Shown: in pieces, positions 49,541-58,935 of the stretch
How positions within the stretch are numbered: position 1 is the first letter of the stretch
Layout: the number at the start of each line of letters is the position of its first letter
NCBI GenBank assembly: GCA_045106895.1
Contig: JBGCFM010000149.1
Span: forward strand, 32,001 to 96,000
Length of the DNA stretch: 64,000 bases
Reading direction: 5' to 3'
From: Polyangiales bacterium
GTDB taxonomy: Bacteria; Myxococcota_A; Polyangia; Polyangiales; Houyiibacteriaceae
Position numbers and translations under genes: made by a program
Notes under the pieces: model-generated
The model's input: only the letters and a program-made list of their open reading frames with translations
What the model was told of the DNA's origin: nothing
The model's database searches: none

Positions 49541-50740
49541 ATGCTCGTGACCGACCTACCGCCTGCGCTTCTTCGAAGCCTCGCATTCGTTTTCGGCGCG
49601 CTTTGGGGCAGCTTCTTCAACGTGGCCATCTACCGCTGGCCCCTCGGCATGAGCGTGGTCAACCCGCCCAGCCACTGCCCCTCCTGCAACACTCCGGTCC
49701 CTTGGTACCGCAACCTGCCCCTCGTCGCCTACGCGATGCAGCGCGGTCGCGCGGCGTGCTGCGGCACTAAACTCACCGGTCGCTACCTGATGGTGGAGCT
49801 CCTCGGCGGCGTCCTATGCCTGGCGCTCATGGAGCGTTTCGTCGTCGACGCGGGAGCCGTCGAACTTCTTCAGCCGCTCCTTGAGGCGCTGGTTCTCTTC
49901 TTCTTTGTCGGCGGTTTGCTCGTCGCGACCTTCATCGACCTCGAACACACCATGATCCCGGACGAGGTCACCCTCCCCGGCGCAGCGCTTGGCCTCGTCA
50001 GCGTGAGCTTCCGCGACGTCGACGCCATGGACATGGCCATCGGCGCCGGCGCCGGCTACCTGATCATTCAGATCACCTTCGTGTGGGGCTACGAGCGACT
50101 CTTCGGCCGACGCGGCATGGGCGAAGGGGACAGCAAACTCCTCCTCATGATCGGCGCCTTCTGCGGATGGAAAGGCATTGTCTTCGCGCTCCTCGGCGGC
50201 TGCATCCAAGGAATCGTGGCGGTCGTGGGCGCATTCGTGCTTCGCAAAGATCTCATCGTCGGCGATGAGTTTGCGGACGACCCTGGCCCTCACGTCGAAG
50301 CCTCCCAGGCGAGCGCGGCCTGCCTCGATGGAAGCGGAGAAGCGACGAAGCTCTTGAAAAAGTCCGTGCCGCTGGAGGCCCCGGCGCAGTTGGAAGAGCC
50401 CGCCGCAGGCCTAACCACCAAACGTTTCGTCACCTTGCTCCTCTTCTTCGGAGGTCTCTCTGTCGCGTCGTTGATGCACCTTCCTCCCGAGCTCGCGCCG
50501 ACGATGGCCGCCATCAGCACGACCCTCGGCCTGAGCATGATGGCCATCTACTACCTGAACGGCCGGCGCGCGGAACAGAGTGAAGGCGAAGACGAGAGCA
50601 CCGACGCGAGCGCTGCGGGGCCTGAAGAGGCGCCACGCACGCTTCCGAAGATTCCGTTTGGGCCTTTCCTGGCGCTCGCCGCACTCGAGTGGCTCTTCTT
50701 TGGCGAACAGCTCTTCGAGTGGTGGCTCAACCTGCTCTAA
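49541..50740 (+). CDS. pilD: Prepilin peptidase (A24)
   Basis: GSFFNV.IYR.P, SHCPSC, IDLEH..IPD, GMGEGD.KL, IPFGPFL. Confidence 0.92.
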   Translation: MLVTDLPPALLRSLAFVFGALWGSFFNVAIYRWPLGMSVVNPPSHCPSCNTPVPWYRNLPLVAYAMQRGRAACCGTKLTGRYLMVELLGGVLCLALMERFVVDAGAVELLQPLLEALVLFFFVGGLLVATFIDLEHTMIPDEVTLPGAALGLVSVSFRDVDAMDMAIGAGAGYLIIQITFVWGYERLFGRRGMGEGDSKLLLMIGAFCGWKGIVFALLGGCIQGIVAVVGAFVLRKDLIVGDEFADDPGPHVEASQASAACLDGSGEATKLLKKSVPLEAPAQLEEPAAGLTTKRFVTLLLFFGGLSVASLMHLPPELAPTMAAISTTLGLSMMAIYYLNGRRAEQSEGEDESTDASAAGPEEAPRTLPKIPFGPFLALAALEWLFFGEQLFEWWLNLL

Positions 50741-50760
50741 CGCGACCGGGACGCTGGCCC

Positions 50761-51450
50761 TTAGGCAGCGGCGCCGCTCTTCTTCAGCGGCCGGAACCAG
50801 CGCACGATGAGCACGAGGTTGAGCAGCACAAAAAAGACGCAGAGCACCGACGCCAGCAACGTCCACCACGCCGAGCCCGGCTCGCGATCTGCCAGCACGA
50901 CGCGAGCGTCTCGAGGGACGCGAGCGCCCATGTGGTTTTCGAGGTGCTTGCGCAGTGGCTCGTATCGAGAGCCGAGGGCGCGGAATGTTGTCAGGCGACC
51001 ACTGAACTCCCGGCGAGCCGCGGTGATCGCAGCAAAATCGCCCTCTGCTTCTGGGATTTCAATGTAGACATTTTCCGAACCCACGAGCCGGGTCAGCGCG
51101 AAACGTCCTCCAGCGCGATCGTATCGGATCGTCTGGGAGGCCATCGGGCTTCCGTCGATGTGAACGTATCGCTCGTCTGGCGTGGCGGCGGGTTCCAGCG
51201 CGGTGATCTCGCCGAGCTCCAGGACCGACGCGTCGCTCATGAAGTAGCGAAGATCGGGGGTAAGAGCGCGAACGAGGATCAAACAGGCGACGACGGTCAT
51301 CGCCATGAGCACCAAAGTGAGGACCCGGCGCCCCTGAGCGGGCTGAGGCAGCGCGACGAGTTCGGGGTCGACGCCGTCCACAAGCCGCGGGGAGCCCTCG
51401 GGGATAAGTCCCTCATCAAGCTGATCGGCGGTGGGTTCGGCGGCGCTCAT
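50761..51450 (-). CDS. Hypothetical two-TM membrane protein
   Basis: GAAGGA RBS before ATG 51450; two hydrophobic segments. Confidence 0.7.
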   Translation of the reverse strand: MSAAEPTADQLDEGLIPEGSPRLVDGVDPELVALPQPAQGRRVLTLVLMAMTVVACLILVRALTPDLRYFMSDASVLELGEITALEPAATPDERYVHIDGSPMASQTIRYDRAGGRFALTRLVGSENVYIEIPEAEGDFAAITAARREFSGRLTTFRALGSRYEPLRKHLENHMGARVPRDARVVLADREPGSAWWTLLASVLCVFFVLLNLVLIVRWFRPLKKSGAAA

Positions 51451-51563
51451 CGTTCCTTCAAAGGTAGACACTCATTATAGGAGAAAGTTCGACTGAACGG
51501 GTGTGTTGACTCGAGGGACGCGGATCAAGAGCCAACACGCCCGAAATCGCGCAATAAAACGCG

Positions 51564-51591
51564 AAAAACGGAGCCGTTGGACGACTCCGTT
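51564..51591 (-). terminator. Rho-independent terminator
   Basis: AACGGAGTCG..CGGCTCCGTTTTT on the minus strand after the 51647 gene. Confidence 0.6.
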
Positions 51592-51646
51592 CTCTTCTTC
51601 ACGTGTGATCGCTCATTCCGCAGCCCGAAGACTACGAGAAAACGCC

Positions 51647-52018
51647 TCAGTTGGCGCGCTTGGCGGCCTTCTTGGAGGCACCGTAGTGATCCCAGAGCTT
51701 AGGCGTTGGGAACTCCGCGAAACGAGCGGCGTAGCCTTCGTCCTTGCGACCTTCGGCCTCCACGATGGCCTTGATGACAGCGTCGCGGCCGCCAAACTCC
51801 TGAACGGCGGTGAGCACGTCGTGGAGGTGAAGGAGCTTCTTGTTCGAGATCAGCTCAAGGCCGGTGTTCTCGTTCAAGCGGTCGATCCACAGACCGTCGG
51901 TCGTGAGGGCCTTCACTGCGGCGACAAGCTTCTCTTTTCCAGCCTTGCGGGCCAGGGTTGGGTCTTGTTCGCTGATATCGAATCGCGCCTTCACGGCGGC
52001 GAGGGGGGACTGCTTCAT
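51647..52018 (-). CDS. Conserved-looking hypothetical basic protein
   Basis: CAGGAG RBS, strong codon bias, SPL..VK.RF..KEKLV..SNKKLLHL. Confidence 0.8.
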   Translation of the reverse strand: MKQSPLAAVKARFDISEQDPTLARKAGKEKLVAAVKALTTDGLWIDRLNENTGLELISNKKLLHLHDVLTAVQEFGGRDAVIKAIVEAEGRKDEGYAARFAEFPTPKLWDHYGASKKAAKRAN

Positions 52019-52106
52019 CGGAATCTCCTGAATCTCGCCCTGGCACGCGCCGAGGTCGAGGTCGAGCGGGTTAGCATGGTGTTTTGGTTCTTGCAAGGAA
52101 CGCTGA

Positions 52107-52167
52107 GTTTGAAGGTGAGCCGCCCGCGGCGGCGAGGAAACTTCCGAAAAGTTCCCTTAAAGAAAGA
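52107..52167 (+). repeat. 61-bp dispersed structured element, copy C
   Basis: GTTTGAAGGTGAGCCGCCCGCGGCGGCGAGGAAACTTCCGAAAAGTTCCCTTAAAGAAAGA. Confidence 0.85.
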
Positions 52168-52268
52168 AGCTCAGGCGATCCATGAATGAACTCCGAGCAC
52201 TCGCCAGCGGAAGCCGGACTTTCGAAGTCAGCCTCGATCGCGGCTTAGCGATCGACTAGGTTGGGCGG

Positions 52269-55200
52269 ATGAGCGAAGGCGAGACGGAATCGTTCGTCCA
52301 CCTGCATGTGCATTCCGAGTTTACGATGCTGGACGGAGCCGTCCGCATCAACGAGCTCGTGAAGACGTGTGAGAGTCTTGGTATGCCCGCCGTCGCCCTG
52401 ACGGATCGCGCCAATATGTACGGCGCTGTGCAGCTGCACCACGCCTGTCAGGGCACGAACGTCAAACCGATCCTCGGTGCGGAGGTTTCCGTCACCAGCG
52501 GCGACCACAAAGACGAGCGCGCGCCCGAAGCGGGTCACATCGTGCTCCTCGCCGAAAGCCAAGAGGGCTACCAGAACATCGTTCGTTTGGTGAGTCTTGG
52601 CTGGGTCGACGGGAACAAGACAGGGGTCCCCCGCATCGACTTCGAGCTCCTCGACCAGCACCGCGAGGGCGTAGTCGCGCTCACCGCGTGTCTCGGCGGC
52701 TGGCTGCCACAACAGATTCTCATGCAGGGCCCCGAGGCTGGCGAAAAGGGTCTCGCTCGGCTTCATGAGATCTACGGCGAGAGCCTCTACGTCGAACTCG
52801 AAGACCATGGGTTCCCGGAGAACCGGCCACTCAACACCTTGCTCACGCAGCTCGCCGACGCGCGGAACATTCCCGTCGTCGCCACGAACTGCACGCACTT
52901 CCTCACGCGCGACCTCGCGAAGTCGCAGCTCGCTCTTCAGTGCATCGGCCGCGGTCGAACGCTCCACGAGATGGAGGCGATGCACCACAACTCCGCGGAG
53001 ATGTATCTCAAAGACGCCGCAGCGATGGCGGAGCTCTTTCCCGACCGGCCCGACGCGCTTCGAAACACCCTCGTCATCGCCGAGCGCTGCGCCGGTAAGG
53101 CGAGCCCCCTCAGCCCGCCAAAGCTTCCGCGTTTTCCGGTCCCGGAGACACAAAGCGAAGACGACTACCTCCGCGAGGTGAGCCAGACCGGCCTCGAGCA
53201 GCGCTACGACGAGATGCGAAAGCAAGGCATCGAGCCCAACGTCGAAGAGTACCAAGCGCGGCTCAAGGTCGAGCTCGATGTGATCTGCTCGATGGGCTTC
53301 CCGGGCTACTTCCTCATCGTCTGGGACTTCATCAAGTGGGCACGAGACAACGACGTCCCCGTCGGGCCAGGACGAGGCTCCGGCGCAGGTTCCCTCGTCG
53401 CTTTCTCGCTCCGCATCACGAACATTGACCCTCTGCCCTACGGCCTGCTCTTCGAACGTTTCTTGAACCCAGAACGCGTGTCGATGCCCGACTTCGACAT
53501 CGACTTCTGCATGAGCAAGCGCGATCAGGTCATCGAGTACGTGCGCAACCACTATGGCCGCCACAGTGTCGGACAGATCGCCACGTTCCATCAGCTTAAG
53601 AGCAAGAGCGTCGTCCGCGACATGGGTCGCGTGATGGGCTTGCCGCCCGTCGACGCCGGCCGAATCGCAGCGCTCATCCCCGAGCTTGGACCCGGTAAGA
53701 GCGCCACGATTCCCGAAGCGCTCAAAATGGAAGCGCGACTTAAGACCATCTACGACAACGAGCCGGAGATCCACGAGCTCCTCGACACAGCGCAGCAGAT
53801 TGAAAACCTGACGCGCCACGCGGGCATGCACGCCGCCGGCGTCGTCATCAGCGAAGGACCCATCTGGGACACCGTCCCCGTCTTCTGCCCGGAAGAAGAC
53901 GTCATCGTCACGCAGTACCACAAGGACGATGTGGAGGCCGCGGGGCTGGTCAAGTTCGACTTCCTCGGTCTGAAGACCCTCACGGTCTTGGACATCGCCG
54001 TGAAGCTCATCCAACGGCGCCCGGACATGCCGGACGAGCCCTTCGACCTGGATGGGATTCCCCTCGACGACCCTGCGACCTACGCGCTGCTTCAATCCGG
54101 CGAGACGACGAACGTCTTCCAGCTGGAAGGCCAGGGCATGCAGTCGCTCTTCAAGATGCTGAAACCGGACTGCTTCGAGGACATCGTCGCCGCCGTCGCG
54201 CTCTACCGGCCGGGTCCGATGGGCGCGGACATGCATACAGACTTCGTGCATCGAAAGCACGGGCGTCAAAAGGTCGAGTTCCCCGACCCATGCCTCGAGC
54301 CGATCCTCCGCGACACCCGCGGCGTCATCGTCTACCAGGAACAGGTCATGCTGATCGCCCGCGTCATGGGCGGCTACAGCCTCGGCGGCGCGGACATTCT
54401 CCGACGCGCGATGGGTAAGAAAAAAGCTTCCGAGATGGAGAAGCAGAAAAAGATCTTCATCGAAGGTGCCGGCAAGCTCGGGCACACGGCGGAGAAGGCC
54501 GAAGAGGTCTTCGATCTCATCGCCTTCTTCGCAGGTTACGGCTTCAACAAGTCGCACTCTGCGGCCTACGCGTTGATCACGTACCAAACCGCCTACCTTA
54601 AGACTCACTTCCCGGCGGAGTTCTGCTGCGCGACGATGAGCGCCGACAAAGACAAGTCTGACAAGGTCGTGCGCACCGTCGCCGAGTCCCGCGCGTTGGG
54701 CATCACCGTCATGCCGCCGGACGTCAACCAGAGCGCCGTCGACTTCACCGTCGTCTACGACAACGCGGGGCACAAAGAGCGTCGGCACGCTTCGCGACCG
54801 GTCGCGGCGAATGGCGAATGCACGGACCCCACGGCGCCCTCCATTCGCTTCGGCCTCGGCGCGCTCAAAGGCGTAGGCCACTCGGCGCTCGACGCGATCT
54901 TCGAAGCGCGACAAGCGGGCACCGGCGAGAAGAAGAGCGAAGAACCGTTCATCGACCTCTTTGACTTCTGTGACCGCGTCGACCTCCGGCGAGTAAACAA
55001 GAACGTCTGCGAAGCGCTGGTTCAAAGCGGCGCCTTCGACCGTCTTCATAGCGGCGACGAGGTGCACCGCGCTCAAGCAGTCGCCGCCGTCGAGACGGCC
55101 ATCGAACGCGGCAAACGCTCGGCTCAAGAGCGGGCAAGCGGTCAGACAAATCTCTTCGGGCTGCTCGGGGGCAGCGACGATGGTGAGGACGACTACCAAA

Positions 55201-55919
55201 AAGTCGGCGGCACGTTCCCCAGCGGAATCTCCACCTGGGACAGCAAAGAACTCCTTCAGCGCGAAAAGAAGACGCTCGGCTTCTATGTCAGCGGCCACCC
55301 CCTCGACCGCTACACCGCCGAGCTCCGTCGTTTCTGCAACGCGACGACGGAGAGCATCGCCACGATGGAGATGGAGCGCGGTTTCAAGGTGATCATCGGC
55401 GGCGCCGTCGAAGGATACCGAGAGCGACGCACCCGCGCCGGCGCGACGATGGCGTTCTTTGAGATCGAGGACTCCTACGGGCGCGTGGAGGTCATCGTTC
55501 GACCCCGCCAGCTCGAGAATGACGAGCGCCTGCGCGCCGTTCTGAGCAGCGGTGACCCGATCATTCTCGAGGCATCCGTCAAACACGAGTTCCGCGGACA
55601 AGACGCCGACCCCGATGCCGCGCCGGAGCCCAAGCTCATCCTTCAGCGTGCAAGCTCCCTTGAAGAAGTCCTCGCAAAGAAGACCAAGTACATCAACATC
55701 AAGGTCGACGTCTCCGTCCTCGACCACGACAAGCTCGTCACGCTCAAGACAACCCTCGAAAAGTACTCCGGGCCGGTTCCTGTGAGCCTTCAGATGAGCA
55801 ACAGCGACGAACGCTGGACCGCATGCATCGAAGAGACCGGCGTGTGCGTCGAACCCAGCGATGCCCTGCTCGCGAGCCTTGAACGGCTCTTCGGTGGCAA
55901 AGTCGCGGAGATGCGCTGA
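52269..55919 (+). CDS. dnaE: DNA polymerase III alpha subunit
   Basis: FVHLHVHS PHP domain, GPGRGSGAGS, MPDFDIDF, KFDFLGL, YGFNKSHS, OB-fold. Confidence 0.98.
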   Translation: MSEGETESFVHLHVHSEFTMLDGAVRINELVKTCESLGMPAVALTDRANMYGAVQLHHACQGTNVKPILGAEVSVTSGDHKDERAPEAGHIVLLAESQEGYQNIVRLVSLGWVDGNKTGVPRIDFELLDQHREGVVALTACLGGWLPQQILMQGPEAGEKGLARLHEIYGESLYVELEDHGFPENRPLNTLLTQLADARNIPVVATNCTHFLTRDLAKSQLALQCIGRGRTLHEMEAMHHNSAEMYLKDAAAMAELFPDRPDALRNTLVIAERCAGKASPLSPPKLPRFPVPETQSEDDYLREVSQTGLEQRYDEMRKQGIEPNVEEYQARLKVELDVICSMGFPGYFLIVWDFIKWARDNDVPVGPGRGSGAGSLVAFSLRITNIDPLPYGLLFERFLNPERVSMPDFDIDFCMSKRDQVIEYVRNHYGRHSVGQIATFHQLKSKSVVRDMGRVMGLPPVDAGRIAALIPELGPGKSATIPEALKMEARLKTIYDNEPEIHELLDTAQQIENLTRHAGMHAAGVVISEGPIWDTVPVFCPEEDVIVTQYHKDDVEAAGLVKFDFLGLKTLTVLDIAVKLIQRRPDMPDEPFDLDGIPLDDPATYALLQSGETTNVFQLEGQGMQSLFKMLKPDCFEDIVAAVALYRPGPMGADMHTDFVHRKHGRQKVEFPDPCLEPILRDTRGVIVYQEQVMLIARVMGGYSLGGADILRRAMGKKKASEMEKQKKIFIEGAGKLGHTAEKAEEVFDLIAFFAGYGFNKSHSAAYALITYQTAYLKTHFPAEFCCATMSADKDKSDKVVRTVAESRALGITVMPPDVNQSAVDFTVVYDNAGHKERRHASRPVAANGECTDPTAPSIRFGLGALKGVGHSALDAIFEARQAGTGEKKSEEPFIDLFDFCDRVDLRRVNKNVCEALVQSGAFDRLHSGDEVHRAQAVAAVETAIERGKRSAQERASGQTNLFGLLGGSDDGEDDYQKVGGTFPSGISTWDSKELLQREKKTLGFYVSGHPLDRYTAELRRFCNATTESIATMEMERGFKVIIGGAVEGYRERRTRAGATMAFFEIEDSYGRVEVIVRPRQLENDERLRAVLSSGDPIILEASVKHEFRGQDADPDAAPEPKLILQRASSLEEVLAKKTKYINIKVDVSVLDHDKLVTLKTTLEKYSGPVPVSLQMSNSDERWTACIEETGVCVEPSDALLASLERLFGGKVAEMR

Positions 55920-56644
55920 TGCGGCGCTCAGCCGCCTTTGTCGCTCTGAGCATCGCCTCCATTTCACTACTCGCCAGCGCCGAGGTTCCGCCATCCACGT
56001 CCGTCGGCTCCCCGCAACGAGGTCACCTCGTCGCGGGCGTGGCGCTGCCCGCCAGTGGCGCTGGCTTTCGCTTTCAGACCATTCGCGGCAACCCCTCCGC
56101 CCGCTACGGAACCGAGGAGATGGTCGCGATGCTTCTCGCAGCCGTCGCTGGTGTGGAGTCCGAAGCGCCCGGCTCCTTGCTCGTCATCGGCGACCTAAGT
56201 CTTCCGGAAGGCGGACGCATCCACGGGCACGGCTCGCACACGAGCGGACGCGACGTCGACATTCGTTACTACGCTCTGGACGAGGGCGGAGAACCTCGCA
56301 GTGAACCCAACGTCGATTTTGGCCGAAACGGACGCGCGTCAGATGGCGGCCGCTTCGATGTGGAGCGCAACTGGCTCTTCATCCGCAGCGCCCTCGAGTC
56401 CGAGCTCGCCGACGTTCAATACATCTTTATCTATGGGCCGCTGGAGCGGCTCCTCCTGGAACACGCGGAGGCCAACGGCGCGTCGCCGGAGCTCCTCCAG
56501 GAAGCCGCGCGAAAAATGATGCCGCCGGGCGGCGGCTCACGCGTGTCGCCTCATGCGGACCACATGCACATTCGTATTCTGTGCACCGCAGAGGACGAGG
56601 CAGAAGGTTGCCTCAACCGAAACTCGCGTCGACGACGGCGTTGA
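55919..56644 (+). CDS. Penicillin-insensitive murein endopeptidase (MepA-like)
   Basis: Signal peptide, GDLS..GG..H.SHTSGRDVD, HADHMHIR. Confidence 0.88.
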   Translation: MRRSAAFVALSIASISLLASAEVPPSTSVGSPQRGHLVAGVALPASGAGFRFQTIRGNPSARYGTEEMVAMLLAAVAGVESEAPGSLLVIGDLSLPEGGRIHGHGSHTSGRDVDIRYYALDEGGEPRSEPNVDFGRNGRASDGGRFDVERNWLFIRSALESELADVQYIFIYGPLERLLLEHAEANGASPELLQEAARKMMPPGGGSRVSPHADHMHIRILCTAEDEAEGCLNRNSRRRRR

Positions 56645-56712
56645 GGAACGGAGCCAAATGAAAAAGGCCAGACCGCAAAGCGCGACCTGACCTCATTCTG
56701 AATGAGCGTGTT

Positions 56713-58782
56713 CTACTCTGCGGGGCGAACCGTGACTCGCACGATCTCGTTCACGGCGGGGTACGACCAGACGCCGTCGGGGAGGAGCCGAACAAGTCCG
56801 TTTCCTTCGGCTTCCCCTGTATTCGGTCCAGCTTGACGCGGTGCCTGATCAGAACCGGCCGCACCGGACTGGTTCTGCTCTGTGCCGGAATCCCAAGCGA
56901 CAAGCGCTGCAGCGATGTCGGCGGCGATGTCCACGTCACTGCGCGAGGCGCCGGCTTCGTCGAGGAGCGCGATGCCCTCGGGGCCGAAGGCCAAGAAGAG
57001 GTCGTTGGAAGGAACAAGCATCGTGGCGAGGCTCAGGAAGCGATGGTCGGCATCCGGCGTCACGATGAACGTGTAGCCGTTGCCTGGCATTGCGGGTCCC
57101 GCGCCAGCTGCGCCATTAGGAATCGCCTCGACACCCGAGGTGCCAATGCCCGCGAGGCCTTCGAGGGACATCGCAAGGGGCATGGCGTTTCCATCTTCGG
57201 AGAGCGCTTCGATGCCGGCAGAAGCTGGAGCCCCATCCGTGAAGAGAGACACTTCAGCCGTGTGCGTCGCCCAAGCGACCGGCGTGAGGATTGGAAAGCC
57301 GTCGCCAACGGTGTCCACGGCAACGATGAAGGAGCCCGCGTCGCCAAGAACGGTCACATTCACGAACTCACTGAGGTCCGCCAGCGCGTTGGTCGCGCCG
57401 GTGCTTCGGTCGTAGAGACGGACGCCCGTCGTTGGGTCCGCGTCACCGGTGTTGGGGCCTGCCTGGCGTGGTGCCTGATTGGAACCGGCTCCTGGGATCT
57501 GATCGGCTTCGGTGCCTGCGTCCCAGATGACAAGTTCACGACGAATCTGCGCCTGAACGTCTTCGGCGGAGCGAGGCATGCCTGCATCGTCGAAGAGGTC
57601 CACGCCCGCAGGAGAGAGCGCCAGGAACGCATCATTCGTCTGAACCACCATCGTCGCGAAGCTCAAGATGGAGCCAGCGGCGGTCGGGGTGACGTCGAAG
57701 TCGATGGACTCACCTGCGACCACGGCGCCCATATTCGCGTTGCCGGATTCGACGACATTCGCCGCGCCCGCGAGGGCAGCAGACATCGTCGCGCCCGAGC
57801 CGTCTTCGGCCATTTCTTCGATTCCAGCGGAAGCAGGTTCACCGACTGCAAAGAAGCTCACCGAGTCGTCGTGAACCGCCCATGGCACGTTGGCGATGGG
57901 CGTCACGAAGGTGCCCGTTTCGCCCGAGATGTTGTTGAGCGAGATGTTGTACGTGCCGGCGTCTTCGGTGACGTCGACACGGACGATGCTCGCAGCCGTC
58001 GGGAGCGCGTGTGTTGACGCGACGTGCTCACGTACGACGCCCTCCCCGGGACCCGTGTCGGCAGCGCTCTGGCGCGGCGCCTGATTCGGACCGGAACCGG
58101 GCGCTTCGTTGGCTTCCGAACCGACGTCCCAGAGGGAGAGACTCTCTGTCACGTCCGTTTCGGCGAGAGGCGCGCCGGCGTCGTCAAAGAGCGGGATGCC
58201 TGTTCCGTCGGGGGCGATGAAGATGTCGTTAGACTGCACGAACATGGTCGCGAGATGAAGCGCTTCGCCGGGAAGAGCCGAAACCTCGAACTCGTAGGCG
58301 TCACCGGGGAAAGCAGGACCGGGCATCGCTCCACCTTCGACGGTGTTGAAGACGACGCTGCCCTCGGTGACGGCGCCGAGGGGCCCGGCGTTCCCGTCTT
58401 CAGCGATGGCTGCAAGTCCTTGTTCACGGTCGGCTTCATCGACGGTGAACAAAGGGTCGGCATCCGCGGATGCGAAGGCGACGCCCGGCGAAACAGGCCC
58501 TGCGATGGGCCCGGGTCCGGAGATGTTCTCGATGCGGACAACGAAGCGTGTTGCTTCCGGCCCTGCGTCTTCCGTACCGGCGTCGTCGCCCGTGCTGGCG
58601 TCGTCCGTGCCGGCGTCATCGTCCGTGCTGGCGTCGTCCGTGCTGGCGTCGTCGCCCGTGCCGGCGTCGGCGACGATGGCGTCAGGCGACGGGCCTGAAT
58701 CCATGGACACGTCGTCATCACCGCAGCCACCAAGGGCGCCGATGAGACCGAAGAGAAGGAGTGAGCGTTTCCAATGAGTCAT
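56713..58782 (-). CDS. Multi-spondin-domain lipoprotein
   Basis: LGGC lipobox, DAG/DAS linker, three repeats of AEDG..ATM.V.SND.F..WDAG(T/S)E..PRQ. Confidence 0.88.
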   Translation of the reverse strand: MTHWKRSLLLFGLIGALGGCGDDDVSMDSGPSPDAIVADAGTGDDASTDDASTDDDAGTDDASTGDDAGTEDAGPEATRFVVRIENISGPGPIAGPVSPGVAFASADADPLFTVDEADREQGLAAIAEDGNAGPLGAVTEGSVVFNTVEGGAMPGPAFPGDAYEFEVSALPGEALHLATMFVQSNDIFIAPDGTGIPLFDDAGAPLAETDVTESLSLWDVGSEANEAPGSGPNQAPRQSAADTGPGEGVVREHVASTHALPTAASIVRVDVTEDAGTYNISLNNISGETGTFVTPIANVPWAVHDDSVSFFAVGEPASAGIEEMAEDGSGATMSAALAGAANVVESGNANMGAVVAGESIDFDVTPTAAGSILSFATMVVQTNDAFLALSPAGVDLFDDAGMPRSAEDVQAQIRRELVIWDAGTEADQIPGAGSNQAPRQAGPNTGDADPTTGVRLYDRSTGATNALADLSEFVNVTVLGDAGSFIVAVDTVGDGFPILTPVAWATHTAEVSLFTDGAPASAGIEALSEDGNAMPLAMSLEGLAGIGTSGVEAIPNGAAGAGPAMPGNGYTFIVTPDADHRFLSLATMLVPSNDLFLAFGPEGIALLDEAGASRSDVDIAADIAAALVAWDSGTEQNQSGAAGSDQAPRQAGPNTGEAEGNGLVRLLPDGVWSYPAVNEIVRVTVRPAE

Positions 58783-58935
58783 GTTGTCTCCGTTAAGTCA
58801 GCGGACGGCATTCAGGCGTCCTCAAGCGGTCTATCTACGGTGAGCGTCCGACATCGTTACGCAAGGCGCATCAATAAACGGTTTTCGTTCGTTCGTTTCG
58901 AATGTTCGAATGGCTCGTTGTGCTCACACGAATGA

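Noticed and set aside
52037..52052. TGGCACG as a sigma54 promoter for dnaE
   Set aside because: No GC at the -12 position
52107..52189. The 61-bp element as a conserved short peptide (VSxxxRRGxxxxVxxKKE)
   Set aside because: An open frame exists in all three copies, but there is no clear RBS, codons are atypical, third positions are often invariant and stops differ; not fully excluded
54750..54845. Insertion in DnaE as a possible intein
   Set aside because: Only ~25 aa, without intein terminal motifs; probably a surface loop
52245..55994. 1249-aa minus-strand ORF and many similar long antisense ORFs (for example 31541-33535)
   Set aside because: In-register shadows of real high-GC genes such as dnaE and the acylase, with no recognisable motifs
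58575..58675. Tandem repeats here and at 9005-9080 as a CRISPR array
   Set aside because: In-frame coding linker repeats with no unique spacers and no cas genes
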